Shown here: one piece after another, positions 52,415 to 54,252 of the stretch | Numbering within the stretch: position 1 is the stretch's first letter | How the letters are laid out: each line of letters opens with the position of its first letter | Origin: Omnitrophica bacterium GWA2_41_15 | GTDB lineage: Bacteria > Omnitrophota > Gorgyraeia > Ghiorseimicrobiales > Ghiorseimicrobiaceae | DNA length: 54,252 bases | Assembly (NCBI GenBank): GCA_919902105.1 | Contig: CAKKQO010000004.1 | Location: 4,180 to 58,431, forward strand | Reading direction: 5' to 3' | Notes under the pieces: generated by a model | Database searches by the model: none | Told to the model about the DNA's origin: nothing | The model's input: the letters and a program-made list of their open reading frames with translations, nothing else | Made by a program: the position numbers and the translations under genes

Positions 52415-52580
52415 TTTTCGACCCCTTATTTATAAGGCCGGATCTTTTAAATTTTTCCCTTTCTGATACATTTTATATCGATCCGGCCCCTTTAGCTCCC
52501 CATGGCTGGTGGGAATAAAAAAGTCCTTTTTTAAAGTATAACATTTATATAGAGTGATTCAATAACTTAGAGGGCTAATT

Positions 52581-52609
52581 TTGAAAGCGTTTTCTTATCC
52601 GCCTATAAT
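52581..52609 (+). promoter_or_regulatory. near-consensus sigma70 promoter on the plus strand, bracketed by a 9-bp inverted repeat
   Basis: TTGAAA (52581-52586), 17-nt spacer, TATAAT (52604-52609); TTATCCGCC (52595-52603) / GGCGGATAA (52620-52628). Confidence 0.55.
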
Positions 52610-52628
52610 GCTTACTTTTGGCGGATAA

Positions 52629-52754
52629 CCCCGAGGAGTATACCGAAATTGTCGAACCCTCTGGAATTTCACTTCGTGAAATTCCGAGGACTCAGTCCCG
52701 GGAATTCTTTCGAATTCCTCGGGGGAGAATTTCGGTATATCTTACGAGTCGGGG
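52629..52754 (+). ncRNA. three-way-junction palindromic element (candidate small RNA or operator array); strand uncertain
   Basis: Closing stems 52629-52634/52749-52754 and 52640-52650/52728-52738; hairpin GGAATTTCAC-ttc-GTGAAATTCC (52663-52685); hairpin CCCGGGAATTC-tttc-GAATTCCTCGGG (52697-52723). Confidence 0.35.
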
Positions 52755-52779
52755 GTCACTAGAAAAAGTGCCTTTGGTT

Positions 52780-53439
52780 TCAGTTTCGGGAAAAGATTTT
52801 CCGGAAGGAGTTTAACGGGTTAAACCTATGTTCTTCGTTGCGTAACAACCTGTGAATATTAGGCTTATGGCGAAAAATAATAAATATTGCTAAAATGACG
52901 CTCAATATGGCTAATTCAACGGGCGCTTTTAAAAAAAACATAGAGAGAGGAAAGAGGCTTGCGGAAACAATTGAAGCCAAAGAGACGAAACCAGTAGATA
53001 AAAATGTAACTATCCAGGCTAAAATTACCAATGTTAAAGCTACCCTTAATGGGCTGACTATGATTGCCAGGCCGATAATGACGCCTAAACTGGTTGCTAC
53101 GCCTTTTCCTCCTTTAAAGTTAAGGAATAAGGTCCAGTTATGGCCGATTACAGCCGTCAGACCCAAAATAATCCGTAAGCTTAAACCCCAAGAGAGATTA
53201 TCGGCTAAGCCTAAGAAACTCGCAACTAACGTGGTACTAATTAAACCTTTAGCAATATCAAATAGCAGTGCTGCACTACCGAATATAGGCCCTAAGACCC
53301 TAAAGGCATTTGTAGCCCCGATATTTCCTGAGCCATACTTTCGGATATCTATTCCCTTAAAGGCCCTGCCTAATATGTATGCCGAAGGTATTGAGCCGAG
53401 AAAATAACTAACGAGTAGGCTTAGAATTATTCTTGCCAT
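52780..53439 (-). CDS. plsY: glycerol-3-phosphate acyltransferase PlsY
   Basis: GSGNIGATNAFR, HNWTLFLNFKGGKGVAT. Confidence 0.9.
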   Translation of the reverse strand: MARIILSLLVSYFLGSIPSAYILGRAFKGIDIRKYGSGNIGATNAFRVLGPIFGSAALLFDIAKGLISTTLVASFLGLADNLSWGLSLRIILGLTAVIGHNWTLFLNFKGGKGVATSLGVIIGLAIIVSPLRVALTLVILAWIVTFLSTGFVSLASIVSASLFPLSMFFLKAPVELAILSVILAIFIIFRHKPNIHRLLRNEEHRFNPLNSFRKIFSRN

Positions 53440-53986
53440 CTATTGCGCTTAAGGTAAGCACTCCTTTTCTGACATAATCAATACCGGAAAGAATAGTAAA
53501 GAAGACCGCGATATTCCAAATAATCGTTACAAAATTAAGCCTTAACAGGAAACTAACAACGGTCATCATTTGAAAAAAAGTAGTAAATTTACCGAAGTTC
53601 GAAGGAACTACGTTTAAGTCCTGTTTCATAATATAAATAATTACTGCTCCCAATAAAATAATCGTATCACGGCTTATTACGACTAAGACTACCCAAAGCG
53701 GGAAAAATAACCCGGGATAAAGATTATTTTTGGAATAGAGGGCAATGAAGGAAGTAATCAGCAGTAACTTATCTGCCAGCGGGTCTGCAATGGAGCCGAA
53801 TTTAGTCTTTTGTTTTTTAACCCTGGCAATATAGCCGTCAATAAAATCGGAAACCACTGCCAATAAAAAAATCCCCAGAGCGACAAAACGCAAGATATCC
53901 CTCTGGGGATCATAATATAACACTACTCCTAAAAAAAATGGGATGCTGATTACGCGGAAGATAGAAACTTTATTAGCAAAATTCAT
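53408..53986 (-). CDS. pgsA: CDP-alcohol phosphatidyltransferase (PgsA-like)
   Basis: DFIDGYIARVKKQKTKFGSIADPLADKLL (DGx2ARx8Gx3Dx3D). Confidence 0.85.
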   Translation of the reverse strand: MNFANKVSIFRVISIPFFLGVVLYYDPQRDILRFVALGIFLLAVVSDFIDGYIARVKKQKTKFGSIADPLADKLLLITSFIALYSKNNLYPGLFFPLWVVLVVISRDTIILLGAVIIYIMKQDLNVVPSNFGKFTTFFQMMTVVSFLLRLNFVTIIWNIAVFFTILSGIDYVRKGVLTLSAIDGKNNSKPTR

Positions 53987-54252
53987 TACTTATTTATATC
54001 CTTAAGCGCTGTCCCATCTACAGGGCAATAGGTGGTGCCCGAAGTAAAGTGCTTTCCGCAGGTAGGGCAGAATTTTTTATCCATCTGCTCTCCCGCTAAA
54101 GCCCCTGCCGCAGCGCCTCCTAAACCGCCGATAATTGCTCCTTCAGCAGTATGGCCTGATTGATGGCCAATAATTGCTCCTAGTCCTGCCCCTGCCGCAG
54201 CGCCTATGCCCGCACCTTTCTGAGTAGTAGAGCATCCCAATAAACAAAATAA
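53986..54252 (-). CDS. glycine-zipper lipoprotein with C-terminal zinc ribbon; 5' end beyond the window
   Basis: The frame stays open to the window edge (LFCLLGC lipobox); GAGIGAAAGAGLGAIIG glycine zipper; CPTCG...CPVDG. Confidence 0.6.
   Translation of the reverse strand, partial: LFCLLGCSTTQKGAGIGAAAGAGLGAIIGHQSGHTAEGAIIGGLGGAAAGALAGEQMDKKFCPTCGKHFTSGTTYCPVDGTALKDINK

Noticed and set aside
52618-52815. 65-aa TTG-initiated plus-strand ORF in the plsY downstream gap
   Set aside because: There is no SD. The sequence is a translation of nested palindromes and overlaps the plsY 3' end.

Overview
AT-rich bacterial window, most likely from an uncultivated anaerobe (lineage cannot be assigned from sequence alone). 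It is densely packed and almost entirely transcribed on the minus strand. From low to high coordinates:

- **1-12.9 kb, housekeeping:** AAA ATPase, NlpD-like LysM/M23 lipoprotein, tRNA-Gly(CCC), thiC-thiE, heptose genes hldC-gmhA, a PPi-type phosphofructokinase, and the conserved run aroQ-pepP-efp-accB-accC-asp23-amaP.
- **13-17.5 kb, three secreted proteins:** one is an 8-repeat propeller fused to a lipase.
- **17.5-26.5 kb, mixed genes:** Memo-like protein, rpsU, TonB-like protein, a plus-strand DUF362/4Fe-4S gene behind a GC-rich structured leader, glpK-glpD, and several small lipo/membrane proteins.
- **27.5-48.6 kb, one roughly 21 kb co-directional cobalamin supercluster:** it begins with a cobalamin riboswitch (aptamer 48407-48550) and runs cobC-cobU-cobT-cobS-cobD-cobQ-[51-aa ORF + radical SAM/SPASM]-cbiB-cbiA-cbiX-cbiC-cbiMN-cbiQ-cbiO-cbiD-cbiE-cbiL-cbiF-cbiG-cbiH. 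It ends with a PqqA-like peptide, a PqqD-like protein, a SPASM-less radical SAM enzyme and a MenA-like prenyltransferase.
- **48.6-54.3 kb, lipid and envelope genes:** pcm, GT2, LpxL-like acyltransferase, MGDG-synthase-like glycosyltransferase, plsY, pgsA.

Best candidates for something new:
1. The PqqA/PqqD/PqqE-like plus prenyltransferase operon (27459-29778).
2. The peptide plus SPASM maturase cassette, bracketed by 58-nt hairpin repeats inside the cob operon (40894-42545).
3. The roughly 275-nt GC-rich leader whose 33-bp closing helix buries the ribosome-binding site of the DUF362 gene (20485-20759).

Also notable:
- A family of 4-5 copy heptamer tandem tracts, several of them inside conserved genes.
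- Several families of intergenic hairpins.
- A spore-photoproduct-lyase-like pseudogene that has lost its radical SAM core.
- Several real genes under 60 aa that are absent from the ORF track (rpsU, a Trm112-like protein, small lipoproteins).

All calls rest on reading the sequence and on recalled family motifs. No database search was run.
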